DNA of 63,982 bases, the filler included, from Candidatus Fermentibacterota bacterium (GTDB lineage: Bacteria; JAFGKV01): assembly GCA_016928395.1 (NCBI GenBank). It is 6 parts of 6 records of this genome, joined end to end, with 100 filler letters (N's around TTAATTAATTAA, not from the genome) between each part and the next. Parts side by side here need not be neighbours in the genome. Positions count along the whole stretch, not along the records: positions 24,042 to 54,627 come from JAFGKV010000017.1; positions 54,728 to 57,389 come from JAFGKV010000001.1; positions 57,490 to 60,119 come from JAFGKV010000134.1; positions 60,220 to 63,982 come from JAFGKV010000146.1; 2 more parts are not named here. One strand, 5' to 3'. Position 1 is the first letter of the stretch; every line of letters begins with the position of its first letter. The notes under the pieces were generated by a model. The model saw only the letters and a program-made list of their open reading frames with translations. It did no database searches and was not told the DNA's origin. Below are positions 50,551 to 60,227 of the stretch, piece after piece. The position numbers and the translations under genes were made by a program.

Positions 50551-51969
50551 TCAGCGACGACCGACCGTGTGCACCTGAAGGGTATTAGTCTCGCCACCGC
50601 CTCCGAAGGGAATCCCGGCGGTAAGGACTATACGCTCACCCCACCCAGCCAGGCCCAGATCCTGTACCCTGGCCAACATGCCTGCAATCAACACGTCGGT
50701 AGTTTCCGGCTCCGGCACCAGAACGGGCGTAACACCCCATACCAGCGCCAGGTGGCGAAGAGTTGTGCGGTTTGGCGTCATGGCGACAATGGGCATGGGG
50801 GGCCGGTGCCGTGCGACCATACGAGCCGTGGTGCCCGACATGGTCGGGGTGACGATGGCCTTGGCGTCCAACCCGCGGGCGATCTGCACGGCCGCGGCAC
50901 TGATGGCCCTCGTGATGGAGGAGGGCCCTTCAGGAGCCGTCTCGATGGGAGCGCCAGGCAGCTCGTGGGACTCCGCGTGAAGGCAGATCCGAGCCATGGT
51001 CTCCACCGCCTCCACCGGGTAATGCCCTACCGCGGTCTCGCCGGAGAGCATGACCGCGTCTGTCCCGTCCAGAATGGCATTAGCCACGTCGGATGCTTCC
51101 GCCCGGGTAGGATAGGGGCTCTCGATCATAGTCTGCAGCATCTGGGTGGCGGTGATGACCGGTTTTCCCACGCGGTTGCACGCGCGAATGATCCGTTTCT
51201 GATGAAAGGGAACCTCTTCCGCCGGTGTCTCCACGCCCAGATCTCCCCTGGCGACCATGACCGCATCCGCCTCCTCCAGGATGGAGTCGAATGCGTCCAA
51301 CGCCTCGGGCTTCTCTATCTTGGCGATGATGGCCATGTCGGCCTTGGCATGCTCGACAAGCTGCCGCAGCTCGCAGATATCGGAGGGCCGCCGCACAAAT
51401 GAGAGCGCGACGAAATCGGCCTTCTGCTGAATGGCAAATGCAAGATCCTCACGATCCTTGGCGGTCACGGCCGACATGGAGAGGGAGCCGCCGGGAACAT
51501 TGATTCCCTTGCGTGCCATGAGCCTTCCACCTGTCACCACCCGGGACTTGACACACCCGTCCCCGACGTCGATCACCTGCACTTCCAGCGCACCGTCATC
51601 AAAGAGCACGCGCTGCCCCTCGCGGAGGTCGCGCAACAAACCAGGGTGCGGCACGGGCACAGTGTCCACAGATGCCGGCTCCCCGGCACAGAGCCGAACC
51701 GTCGCGCCCTGGATCAACTCCATCCCTTCTAAAGGAAGCGCCCCGACCCTCAACTTGGGGCCCTGGAGGTCCGCCAAGATGCCGACGAGACGGCATTCCT
51801 CGTCCGCGATTCGGCGTATGGTGGCGATGGCTTCAGCCTTCGTGGCGTGATCGCCATAGGAGAAGTTGATCCGTGCGAGGTTCATACCGGCGCGAATCAG
51901 CGCCCGGATCATTTCCGGGGAGCTGGATGCGGGGCCAATGGTGCAGATGATCTTTGTCCGGCGCTTCAA
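50551..51969 (-). CDS. pyk: Pyruvate kinase
   Basis: TKIICTIGPAS, DLQGPK, AKIEK, MVARGDLGVE, ATQML, DAVMLSGETA. Confidence 0.96.
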   Translation of the reverse strand: MKRRTKIICTIGPASSSPEMIRALIRAGMNLARINFSYGDHATKAEAIATIRRIADEECRLVGILADLQGPKLRVGALPLEGMELIQGATVRLCAGEPASVDTVPVPHPGLLRDLREGQRVLFDDGALEVQVIDVGDGCVKSRVVTGGRLMARKGINVPGGSLSMSAVTAKDREDLAFAIQQKADFVALSFVRRPSDICELRQLVEHAKADMAIIAKIEKPEALDAFDSILEEADAVMVARGDLGVETPAEEVPFHQKRIIRACNRVGKPVITATQMLQTMIESPYPTRAEASDVANAILDGTDAVMLSGETAVGHYPVEAVETMARICLHAESHELPGAPIETAPEGPSSITRAISAAAVQIARGLDAKAIVTPTMSGTTARMVARHRPPMPIVAMTPNRTTLRHLALVWGVTPVLVPEPETTDVLIAGMLARVQDLGLAGWGERIVLTAGIPFGGGGETNTLQVHTVGRR

Positions 51970-52124
51970 GGTCCACGCTCCGCGACATCAGAGAACATGA
52001 CGGGGATCATGGAAGGGAGGAGACCAGCCATCTCACGGTCAAGTCCTGCAATGGTCCATCCAGCCGTCCTGCGCCAATGGCAGCGAGGCCACCAGGTCCG
52101 GCCGCCAAAGCCATGCGTCAGGGA

Positions 52125-54626
52125 CTACTCCTGAATCTCGAAGTCAAACTCGCCCACCGGCGGGGAAGCGGGGGACTCATTGCCCGCAGCATCCGTGGCC
52201 GTGACGCGATACGTGTAGTTCACAGCCACATCACCCAACCCCTCGGTGATCTGGACGCTGGTGCCCGCCGGCGTGGCCCACGGCGTCATGCCCTGGACAC
52301 TGAAGAAGGCCGACAAGCTGCGGTACACAGAGTAGTAATCGACACCGACATTGTCGGTGGCGGGGCTCCAGCTCAGCGTACCGTCATTGGCCAACATCGG
52401 ATTCGAAGGTGTAGTGGGTGCGAGTATGTCGCCTCCCGCCAGCCAAGACAGCGAGCGGGAGATGACGGTTCCGATATTGTCGGGATTCGACGCAAGAGCT
52501 GGGAATGCCTCCAGCGGCACGCCGAAGAACATCGTCTTGAAGGACGCGGGGCCCTCCCCGGCATACCGGATCACCACAGAGCTATTGCTGCCTTGCATTC
52601 TGAACACGGTGACCGCCCCGATTCCCGGGGTGATCGCATCCGGCATGACATCCAGCCCGGTGGGGTAGGACAGTGTCGCGCTGATCCCATCACCGACGGG
52701 GTCACCGGTCGTGCCATCCACTGCCGAGCCGCTTATGTTCGCCTGAGAGCTGGTGATGCGCAGATAGGAAGTCGTCAAAGGTGCCGAAGGATAGTTCGGC
52801 GCGTAGTTCTCCGCCGAGAGCAGCAGCGAGCCCTCCTGGTTCAGATAGGCAATCAGGTTGGCCTGATTGTCGGGCGTGATGCCGGTCGAGCCCTGGTCGC
52901 CCGCGGTCCAGATCACGGTGTGATGGGCCAGCAGGGTATCCAACGGCACCACGGCCTTGCCTGGATCGAAGGTGTTCCACCGGGTGTGGGCGTACCCCAG
53001 TTCGAGCAGGGCGTCGATGATACGGGTTTCGGTGATCTCCGCATCGGAATCCACCACCAGAAGGTCGGCCTGGCCAATCAGGAGGTTCACGACGCCCGAG
53101 ACACTATGGAATCCAGCATTGGAGCTTATCTGGAGTGAGAGCTGCGCTCCGTAGGGTATCGGGCAGTCACCATCCGCGGTGAGGGTGAACGTGGGGCTGA
53201 TGGTTTGAGCACCTGAAGGGATGTCTCCCAGAGCCTGGGTTGTCGGGCCAATGATCGTCAGGTAGGGATCCGATTCACTAATCGCAAGCTGCGTACCCAA
53301 GGCGGTACCGGATCCGCCATTGACCACGGTGACGGTGAGGCCCACCGTTTCGCCCGGATCAAGCCGGCCATTGCCGTTGCCTTCCGTGTCGTCTATCTGC
53401 CAGCCAGCCTCGGCCAGATCAGGAGCATGAACCGTGAGGGGAAAGTCTGCCTCCCACGAGTCAAGACCAGAGACGATGTCCAGATGGAAGGGCACTACCG
53501 TATTGTCCGCCAGCGATCCCACCTCGAACACGTACGGCTCACCCGGCAGCGCCGTCGCTCCCGGCGCCATGTCGCCGTATCCCTGGCTCGGCGCCGTCAC
53601 CGCGATCTGACCATTCGTCGTGCTTAAGGTGCCCACCACCCCATACGCCGTCTCGATGCCGACATTCTTCAGCTCGATGTTCAGCGACACCGTCTCGCCG
53701 ATATCCGCCTGCCCATCGCCCAGCACCGTGGTGCTCTGGTAGATCACATACGGCCCCGTCGGCGGGATTACCTCGATATCCGCCTGGATCGGCTCCTTGT
53801 TGTACCCCGTGATCGTCAGCTTCACCGTGCCCGGCACATTCAGCGGCTCGTTCAACGTCACGTTCACCGTGCCCGCGCCGTCCGTATATCCCGAACCAAG
53901 CCATTCGCCTTCCGCCGAGACTCCCACCAACGCCCCCTCCACCCCCGCTACCGTCACCGGAATCGAACTCGTCCCCACCAACACCGCCGTCGGATACGTC
54001 GCCGCCATGGCTGCCGGACTGTCCGTCCGCATCTGCACCGAACAGTCCCCGAAAATGATCCACGTGTTGAAATGACTTGTGCCGTCATACCCTCCGTTGT
54101 AGTGCTCCAGCATCGCCATGCCCCCGATGAACAGCGTGCCGCCTACCGTATTGTACCGGTCGCTCACCAGACTGTCCACAAACCCCTGCTGCCCGTATTG
54201 CGGGGGAGTCCAGCCCTGGCTTATGCTGGACATGTAGGCAGCCAAAGCTCCCCGCGGCTGGCCCCCGCTCTGCGCCCGGAGCCACGCCTCGCCGAAACAC
54301 GTCGTCGTGCTGAAGTTCCCATTGTCGCATGCCACCGAGTGTATCACCGGCAGCATCCAGTAGTTCGACAACGCATTCACATTCGTGTTCGAAAACCCGG
54401 TCGTACCCCATGACGTCGACGAGCCATGCCCCATGTACACCACCAGGCTCCGCCCCTCGTTCAACGCCGCCGTCACCATCGCCGCCGTCGCCGAAGGATC
54501 GTAGATCTGATCCATCTCCGTGTACGTGTAGTTCAATAGCTTTGTCCGAAACCCGTTTATCCACTGATAGTCCGGCGGGCTCCCCTGGTTGCTGGCAATC
54601 CCTGTCGCCTTGTGATACCATGCAGA
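52125..54626 (-). CDS. Gingipain-like C25 cysteine peptidase with Ig domains and a GEFDF C-terminal domain (5' truncated by gap)
   Basis: Frame is open to the gap (WYHKATGIASNQG); catalytic YMGHGS and SVACDNG; FGEAW, WIIFGD; NGRLDPGETV Ig repeats. Confidence 0.88.
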   Translation of the reverse strand, partial: SAWYHKATGIASNQGSPPDYQWINGFRTKLLNYTYTEMDQIYDPSATAAMVTAALNEGRSLVVYMGHGSSTSWGTTGFSNTNVNALSNYWMLPVIHSVACDNGNFSTTTCFGEAWLRAQSGGQPRGALAAYMSSISQGWTPPQYGQQGFVDSLVSDRYNTVGGTLFIGGMAMLEHYNGGYDGTSHFNTWIIFGDCSVQMRTDSPAAMAATYPTAVLVGTSSIPVTVAGVEGALVGVSAEGEWLGSGYTDGAGTVNVTLNEPLNVPGTVKLTITGYNKEPIQADIEVIPPTGPYVIYQSTTVLGDGQADIGETVSLNIELKNVGIETAYGVVGTLSTTNGQIAVTAPSQGYGDMAPGATALPGEPYVFEVGSLADNTVVPFHLDIVSGLDSWEADFPLTVHAPDLAEAGWQIDDTEGNGNGRLDPGETVGLTVTVVNGGSGTALGTQLAISESDPYLTIIGPTTQALGDIPSGAQTISPTFTLTADGDCPIPYGAQLSLQISSNAGFHSVSGVVNLLIGQADLLVVDSDAEITETRIIDALLELGYAHTRWNTFDPGKAVVPLDTLLAHHTVIWTAGDQGSTGITPDNQANLIAYLNQEGSLLLSAENYAPNYPSAPLTTSYLRITSSQANISGSAVDGTTGDPVGDGISATLSYPTGLDVMPDAITPGIGAVTVFRMQGSNSSVVIRYAGEGPASFKTMFFGVPLEAFPALASNPDNIGTVISRSLSWLAGGDILAPTTPSNPMLANDGTLSWSPATDNVGVDYYSVYRSLSAFFSVQGMTPWATPAGTSVQITEGLGDVAVNYTYRVTATDAAGNESPASPPVGEFDFEIQE

Positions 54627-54627
54627 A

Positions 54628-54727
54628 NNNNNNNNNNNNNNNNNNNNNNNNNNNNNNNNNNNNNNNNNNNNTTAATTAATTAANNNNNNNNNNNNNNNNN
54701 NNNNNNNNNNNNNNNNNNNNNNNNNNN
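54628..54727. other. Assembly spacer
   Basis: N runs around TTAATTAATTAA. Confidence 0.98.
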
Positions 54728-54729
54728 AC

Positions 54730-55866
54730 GTGCAGGCATGGGTGGAGGGGGCGCTGGGGGCGAAGATCAGCCTTGGGATCGAGGAACCCGCCCAAACCGT
54801 GACGGTGACGGAGGTGGCGGAGGTGGAACTGCCCTATGGCAGGGACGAGAGCGGGATCCAGATGCACAATGGCCATGTGCTTCTCAGAGTCCGAGACGGT
54901 GAAGAACTCCTTGAGATAGATGAGACGGGCAGCATGATCCAGCGCCTGGCGAACAATGACCGCAGGATGGGCCAGGAAGTGATCGAGACGACCTCTCCTC
55001 GGCTTGGGTATGTCCTGACAGTCGCCCGCGAGCAAGGCGAGAGGGTGTTCCGGCTCTATGATCGGAACTGGTCTCTCGTGTCCACCACCGCCGGCCAAGA
55101 CCTGTGGATCACCGCCATCTCGGAGGCCGGCGGGTACCTGCTGGGCTGGGATCGCGCCACGTATCACCTTCCTGCCTGTCAGGGTTGCATGGCGGCGATC
55201 TACGACCCAAGCCTCACGGTACGAGCCACGATCCCTGTGGGCATGATGCCCATCGATGCCGATCGCGAGAATCAGTTCTCCCCGGACGAACAGACAACAT
55301 ACACCCACTGCGACGACAAGCTTCAGGTCTACCGCACCGACGGGACCTTCCTATGGGAGGCCCCGTGGCGGCAATCGCGCCATCTGGGCAACGGAGGTAT
55401 CGCGGTCCAGGCGACGGCCGACTCGCTCCTGCTGCATGACGCGACAGGCGCACTCGTTTGCCGTGTGGTGAACCCGCGGCCACCGGAGCAGTCTGGAGAA
55501 GCCCGGGCGCGCACCACGCCCGGGGGGGAATGCGCAATTCACTCCGGAGACGCGGTCTTGGTCGCGAAACGAGAAGGCCCGCAGAGTTGTTGGCTGTTCG
55601 ATCCTGGGCCTGAAGGCTACATCTGCTGGCAGTCGATGTCGGATGACGGCAGGTGGATCGTCGCCATTGACGCCGGAGGAAAGCCGCGAGAGGTCTCTCT
55701 TGTGGGCGCAGGGGGGCACGTGGTGTGGGAGCTGGATGACCAGTGGTTCTGCGGCCCTCTTCAACGCATGCTCGCACCCAACGGCGGGTACTTCTACCTC
55801 TTCACCCGGGACAGCCAGTCAGGACCGTGCAAGTACTGCCACGTCTACCGGATCGATGTAGAATAG
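54730..55866 (+). CDS. Hypothetical protein, possibly a beta-propeller (5' truncated)
   Basis: Long ORF with WD/PQQ-like beta motifs (FSPD, DGTFLWE, SDDGRW, APNG). Confidence 0.55.
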   Translation: MQAWVEGALGAKISLGIEEPAQTVTVTEVAEVELPYGRDESGIQMHNGHVLLRVRDGEELLEIDETGSMIQRLANNDRRMGQEVIETTSPRLGYVLTVAREQGERVFRLYDRNWSLVSTTAGQDLWITAISEAGGYLLGWDRATYHLPACQGCMAAIYDPSLTVRATIPVGMMPIDADRENQFSPDEQTTYTHCDDKLQVYRTDGTFLWEAPWRQSRHLGNGGIAVQATADSLLLHDATGALVCRVVNPRPPEQSGEARARTTPGGECAIHSGDAVLVAKREGPQSCWLFDPGPEGYICWQSMSDDGRWIVAIDAGGKPREVSLVGAGGHVVWELDDQWFCGPLQRMLAPNGGYFYLFTRDSQSGPCKYCHVYRIDVE

Positions 55867-55876
55867 GGGTGCGGCG

Positions 55877-57389
55877 ATGACTCCTTCACCACACCATCTC
55901 CGCACCTTCCACGCCAACGTAGTTCTCGTCACCGTGGGCGCCATGCTCGCGTCTCCATGCCAGGCGACACGATGGCCTATTGACCCCAATGACGCAGCCC
56001 AGCGGATCATGACGACGTATGGCGAGTACCAGCACTACCCCAATTCCAATACGAATCCTGAGCCATACCTGCATGATGGCGTTGACATCGTGGTGCCTGC
56101 CGGGACCGCGATGTACTCGGTGCAGGATGGGATTGTCCGCTATGCCCGCTTCAGGGAGTTCTGCTGGCGGCGCGCGGATCAACTGGAGCCGGAGTGGGCA
56201 GGAGACTACATGACCAAGGCCTACCAGTTCGTGATCGTGGAGGACCTCAACGGTGGGATGCCGGCGGAGGTCGGATGGGCCTACGGTCACGTAAAGGCTG
56301 ATGACTTCGGAGAACCACTCGGCAAGAGGAACCCTGTCGGCATCAGCGTCGACGAGGGCAATTGGCTGACGATCGTGCAGCGCTTCACTGGGGAGGCGTT
56401 TTCCCATCTTCACCTGTCGAAGTATGTCAAGAAGGAGGGAAGCCCCAACCCGTGGACCGAGTAGTGCGACCTCGCGGGGAACCCGCTCGACCTGTTTCGG
56501 GTGGCCGGGGTGCTCTCCGCTGATCTCTTCCCGGCGCTGATCGACGGAAATCGTATTGAGATGGACCCTGACGAGTCTCATCCCTGGTTCCTGACGGGAT
56601 GCCCATTCGAGCGCATCTCTTCGCAGAGCATCCCCGGGGCGCCGGAGGGCGGGGTGTACGTGGTGTTCGGCAAAGCCGATGTCATTGCGGCCCCCATGGA
56701 CTACTTCGGCAATCCGCCATACTCCTCAATGGCAGAACTGGGAGTGTATGGGATCGGCTACTCCATCCATGACGGGATGTCGGAAGGCGCGGACTTGGTA
56801 GCGGGAGGGCTCGATCACGAGAGGTGCTTCGATTCGAGCCTGAGCTCAGACCAAGCCGAAGACAGCGACCTTACGCAGACGATCTTCCGAAACACCCAGA
56901 TCTTCAATAGCGAGAACGATACGAGCCTGTACTATGCAGTCACCAACTACCACCCAGGCCTTCAGAACTGGAACGTGCAGGCCTCCCTGGGCTGCTGGAA
57001 TACCATTCTGTCGAGTCAGGGTGATCCGAATGTCCCTTGGGAAGGGCCCAGCGCAACAACACCGGACAATGCACGATTCAAGGACGGGGTCTACCGCGTT
57101 GAGGTGCGGGCGAGGGATGTCCAGCAGGAGGTACCGACCGATGCGAGCATTCCCGTCATCGTCGACAACTTCGCGCCGTTCCTGAGGAAGACGATGGTAT
57201 GTCGACCGAGAAGCAGGCGCGAGGGTCGAGTGGCGGAAGAGACGCCGCACGCGCGGAAGGACAGCCGGGCAGGGACGCCGGAGGAGCGGGATTGGAACGC
57301 GATGTACCAGGCGGAGTGGGAGCTCGGCGAAGGGACCGAGTTGGAACTGCAGGTCATCCATCGGGAGCCTGCGGCGGTGGACGAGGAGC
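55877..57389 (+). pseudogene. Secreted M23-like metallopeptidase interrupted by an in-frame TAG at 56462 (3' truncated by gap)
   Basis: HDGVD, YGHV, HLHLS; the same frame continues past TAG as CDLAGNPLDLF and stays open to the gap. Confidence 0.65.
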
Positions 57390-57489
57390 NNNNNNNNNNN
57401 NNNNNNNNNNNNNNNNNNNNNNNNNNNNNNNNNTTAATTAATTAANNNNNNNNNNNNNNNNNNNNNNNNNNNNNNNNNNNNNNNNNNNN
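57390..57489. other. Assembly spacer
   Basis: N runs around TTAATTAATTAA. Confidence 0.98.
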
Positions 57490-57669
57490 CTCCGCCACCT
57501 GTACCTTGTACCCCACCCATTCCTTCTGCCGCACCGTGTCCTTCGTGCTCCACTGCGCCTCCGGGTCATGCGGATTACGCACCGCCTTCGACGGCTGCGC
57601 ACGCCGCTGGGCCACCTCCCCCTCAACCACTCCACCCCCAAAACACCCGTAGGCTTATTCAGCAGAATC
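57490..57669 (-). mobile_element. IS1182/IS5-like transposase fragment with a probable terminal repeat
   Basis: RNPHDPEAQWSTK..WVGYKVQVAE DDE-region motif; GATTCTGCTGAATAAGCC at 57669-57652 resembles an IS end. Confidence 0.65.
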
Positions 57670-58429
57670 GCTTCTTGATGTTTAAGCGACGGAGCATGAG
57701 TGGCGCGCGGCACGCTGGAGAGACCGCAACTTCATGAGCAAATCAGGGAACAGGAAACAGGTCACAGAATGAGCAGAAGCCTAGATCTCTTCGGGCCCTG
57801 AAGGACGATAGATGCACCCCGTCTTCCTTGCCGACACCGACCGATTCATAGAGGACTCGATCTAGGTTCGACATTTCCTGGGCGCCTTCTGCATGAGTGC
57901 CGTGGGCACTCATCGCGCTCAACTCCTTTGCGTCGCTTGACGGCTGTGGGGGGCAGAACAATGGGAAACGCGAAGTAGTGCATGCTAAACGGGCTAGAAC
58001 CCAAGACTCCCACGTCAGGCGGCACGACTGGCAGCACGGCGAGAAGCTGGTGCGCTTCGATGGCTTCAGGCTGAGCACGGCATACAACGATGCTCGCAGC
58101 GCTCGCCTGCCGTGCCTGAGCCGGTTCTTGCCTTGAGCCCTGCGGCTGGGATACGAGAATCCAACCTTTCGGGCTCGGCAACCGTCCTACCAAATGAGTT
58201 GAGTGGTGCAGCAGTGGCTATGCATGATCGTGGCTTCATGATAGGAACCGTCACCCTCCCGGTGGGGCGTGGTTCGGCGGGGGATTCGGGCATGTAGGTA
58301 CCGAAGTCCCTCGGCGCAGCGTCATGGCACAGTCATCCAGAGCTGCACGGACGGCGGTCCGGCGGCCGGCGCGGCTTGCCCGGCCCACAGTTCACGTGGG
58401 GAGGTCCTCCCCGATCGGAGGTGAGAACA

Positions 58430-59488
58430 GTGAGGACACATGTGCGTGTGACGGCGTTCCTGATGGGCGCGCTTCTGGCCATTCCGCAACTCGCTCGGCC
58501 GTGCTCCTCGTTGGCCTTCCCGAACGAGGACTTCCTCGTTTTCGGCGCGAACTACGACAACCTTCTCATTCCCGGTCAGTTGTTCATCAACAGGCGAGGC
58601 GTCCACAAGACCGGATGGGAGGCGGGCACGACGGGGAAGGTCGCCTCGTGGGTCTCGCGCTACGGCAGCGTCACCATTTCCTCCACCGGCTACCAGCTGC
58701 CCTGGGGCGGCATGAACCAGGCGGGCCTTGTGTTCAGTACGATGTACGTGCCTGGAACGGCACCGCCCGCTCCTGACGAACGACCGCCCCTGATGGGTGT
58801 GATCTGGTGGCAGTACATGCTCGACATGTGCGCCACGATCGAGGAGGTGAGGGCCGCGTCGGCGGATATCCGGCTAGGGGACACGGTGGATCACTACCTC
58901 CTCTGTGACCGTACTGGGGCTGCGGGGGTGGTCGAGTGCATAGACGGGCACCTGGTCATCCGAATGGGTCGCGACCTGCCAGTCCGGGCCCTGGTCAACG
59001 CACCCTACCAGGAGCTTATGGTCCGTTGGACGGAAAGGGCACCGGGACCTGCCGACCCTTACAGTTCTGGCAATCGGTTCTCACGGCTCGCCGACGGGAT
59101 GGCCACCTTCAGGGGGGGAAGCACGGAGGAGGCCGTCGGATACGCCTTCGAGCTTTTGGCCGGTGTCGCTAACGCGTACACGCGGTGGAGCTTCGTGTGC
59201 GACACACGTGACCTGGTGTTCTATCTGAAGTCGTTCCAGAATCCCAGCCTCAGGTTCGTGGACCTGAAGGAAATCGACTTCGGATGCGGCAGGCCGACGG
59301 CAATGCTCGACGCGCATGCCGACCTCGAAGGGGATATCACCGCCGCCTTCCACGATTACTCGCATGAAGAAGCAGCTGCCCATATGGTCACCGCTGTAGC
59401 CGAAGCCCGGCCGGATGTCCCCGAAGAGATGATTCGCCAGATCCTCGCCCTTCTCGAGAGCTTCACCTGCGAGCAACCCGGGGAATAG
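58430..59488 (+). CDS. Secreted Ntn hydrolase (choloylglycine hydrolase / penicillin V acylase family)
   Basis: Signal peptide then catalytic N-terminal Cys (CSS), FGANYD, GGMNQAGL, HYLLCD..G...VE, S..RF, TRWS. Confidence 0.85.
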   Translation: MRTHVRVTAFLMGALLAIPQLARPCSSLAFPNEDFLVFGANYDNLLIPGQLFINRRGVHKTGWEAGTTGKVASWVSRYGSVTISSTGYQLPWGGMNQAGLVFSTMYVPGTAPPAPDERPPLMGVIWWQYMLDMCATIEEVRAASADIRLGDTVDHYLLCDRTGAAGVVECIDGHLVIRMGRDLPVRALVNAPYQELMVRWTERAPGPADPYSSGNRFSRLADGMATFRGGSTEEAVGYAFELLAGVANAYTRWSFVCDTRDLVFYLKSFQNPSLRFVDLKEIDFGCGRPTAMLDAHADLEGDITAAFHDYSHEEAAAHMVTAVAEARPDVPEEMIRQILALLESFTCEQPGE

Positions 59489-59719
59489 CGGAGTCGAGGG
59501 TCGTCAAATCCCCCGTCGCCGCGGGCATGGCGTGCGCCCCCGGCCGTCTTGACGGCCCGGCGGTGGCCGCGTATTCGATCTCGAATACGCTTCATCAGTG
59601 GCCGGCTTGAATCCCTCGCAAGTCCACCCCAGGGGAGTCCCACCGTTCGAGCGATTCAGGAGTACACTGCAGACGGCGGGTCGCTGGGGCGGCCCGCCGC
59701 GTTGCGAAAGACGCGGTAA

Positions 59720-60046
59720 CTACTTGAGAATCACTGCAGAGGTGACCCATCCTGTGGCAGTATGAGCCCGAGCGAAGTAGGTGCCCGAAGCCAAGTCGCC
59801 ACGAACCCATGAAAGGCTGTGCGCACCCGAGGTCAACTCGCCTTCGAACATTGTCATGGCGAGCCGTCCCGTCAGGTCGTAGAGCCCGACTGAGACGCGC
59901 TGGTCCTGAGGCACCCTGAGCAGTAAGGTGCCTCCATCCATGGCCGGCACCGGCGCTGCGACCAGGCTCAGGTTCGTCAGCATGGTGCCGGCTACCGAAA
60001 CCGTCACCGGCCCGAAAACCTCGGTCGTTCCCGCGAAATCTACCTG
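59720..60046 (-). CDS. 3' remnant of a T9SS type A CTD-bearing protein
   Basis: QVDFAGTTEVFGPV, P.P, LYDLTGRL, G.H...W, LASGTYF, C-terminal ILK; no plausible N-terminus. Confidence 0.65.
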   Translation of the reverse strand, partial: QVDFAGTTEVFGPVTVSVAGTMLTNLSLVAAPVPAMDGGTLLLRVPQDQRVSVGLYDLTGRLAMTMFEGELTSGAHSLSWVRGDLASGTYFARAHTATGWVTSAVILK

Positions 60047-60119
60047 AGCTGGGGGACGTTGATTCTGAAAGTGCGTAGCGGACAGGGGAGCGGTTCGCTG
60101 AAGCGGCTGTGACCCCGCG

Positions 60120-60219
60120 NNNNNNNNNNNNNNNNNNNNNNNNNNNNNNNNNNNNNNNNNNNNTTAATTAATTAANNNNNNNNNNNNNNNNNNNNNNNNN
60201 NNNNNNNNNNNNNNNNNNN
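60120..60219. other. Assembly spacer
   Basis: N runs around TTAATTAATTAA. Confidence 0.98.
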
Positions 60220-60227
60220 AGAGGGAG

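Noticed and set aside
57700-58330. Short ORFs in a lower-GC stretch beside the IS fragment
   Set aside because: No recognisable motifs or RBS in any frame; probably decayed sequence.
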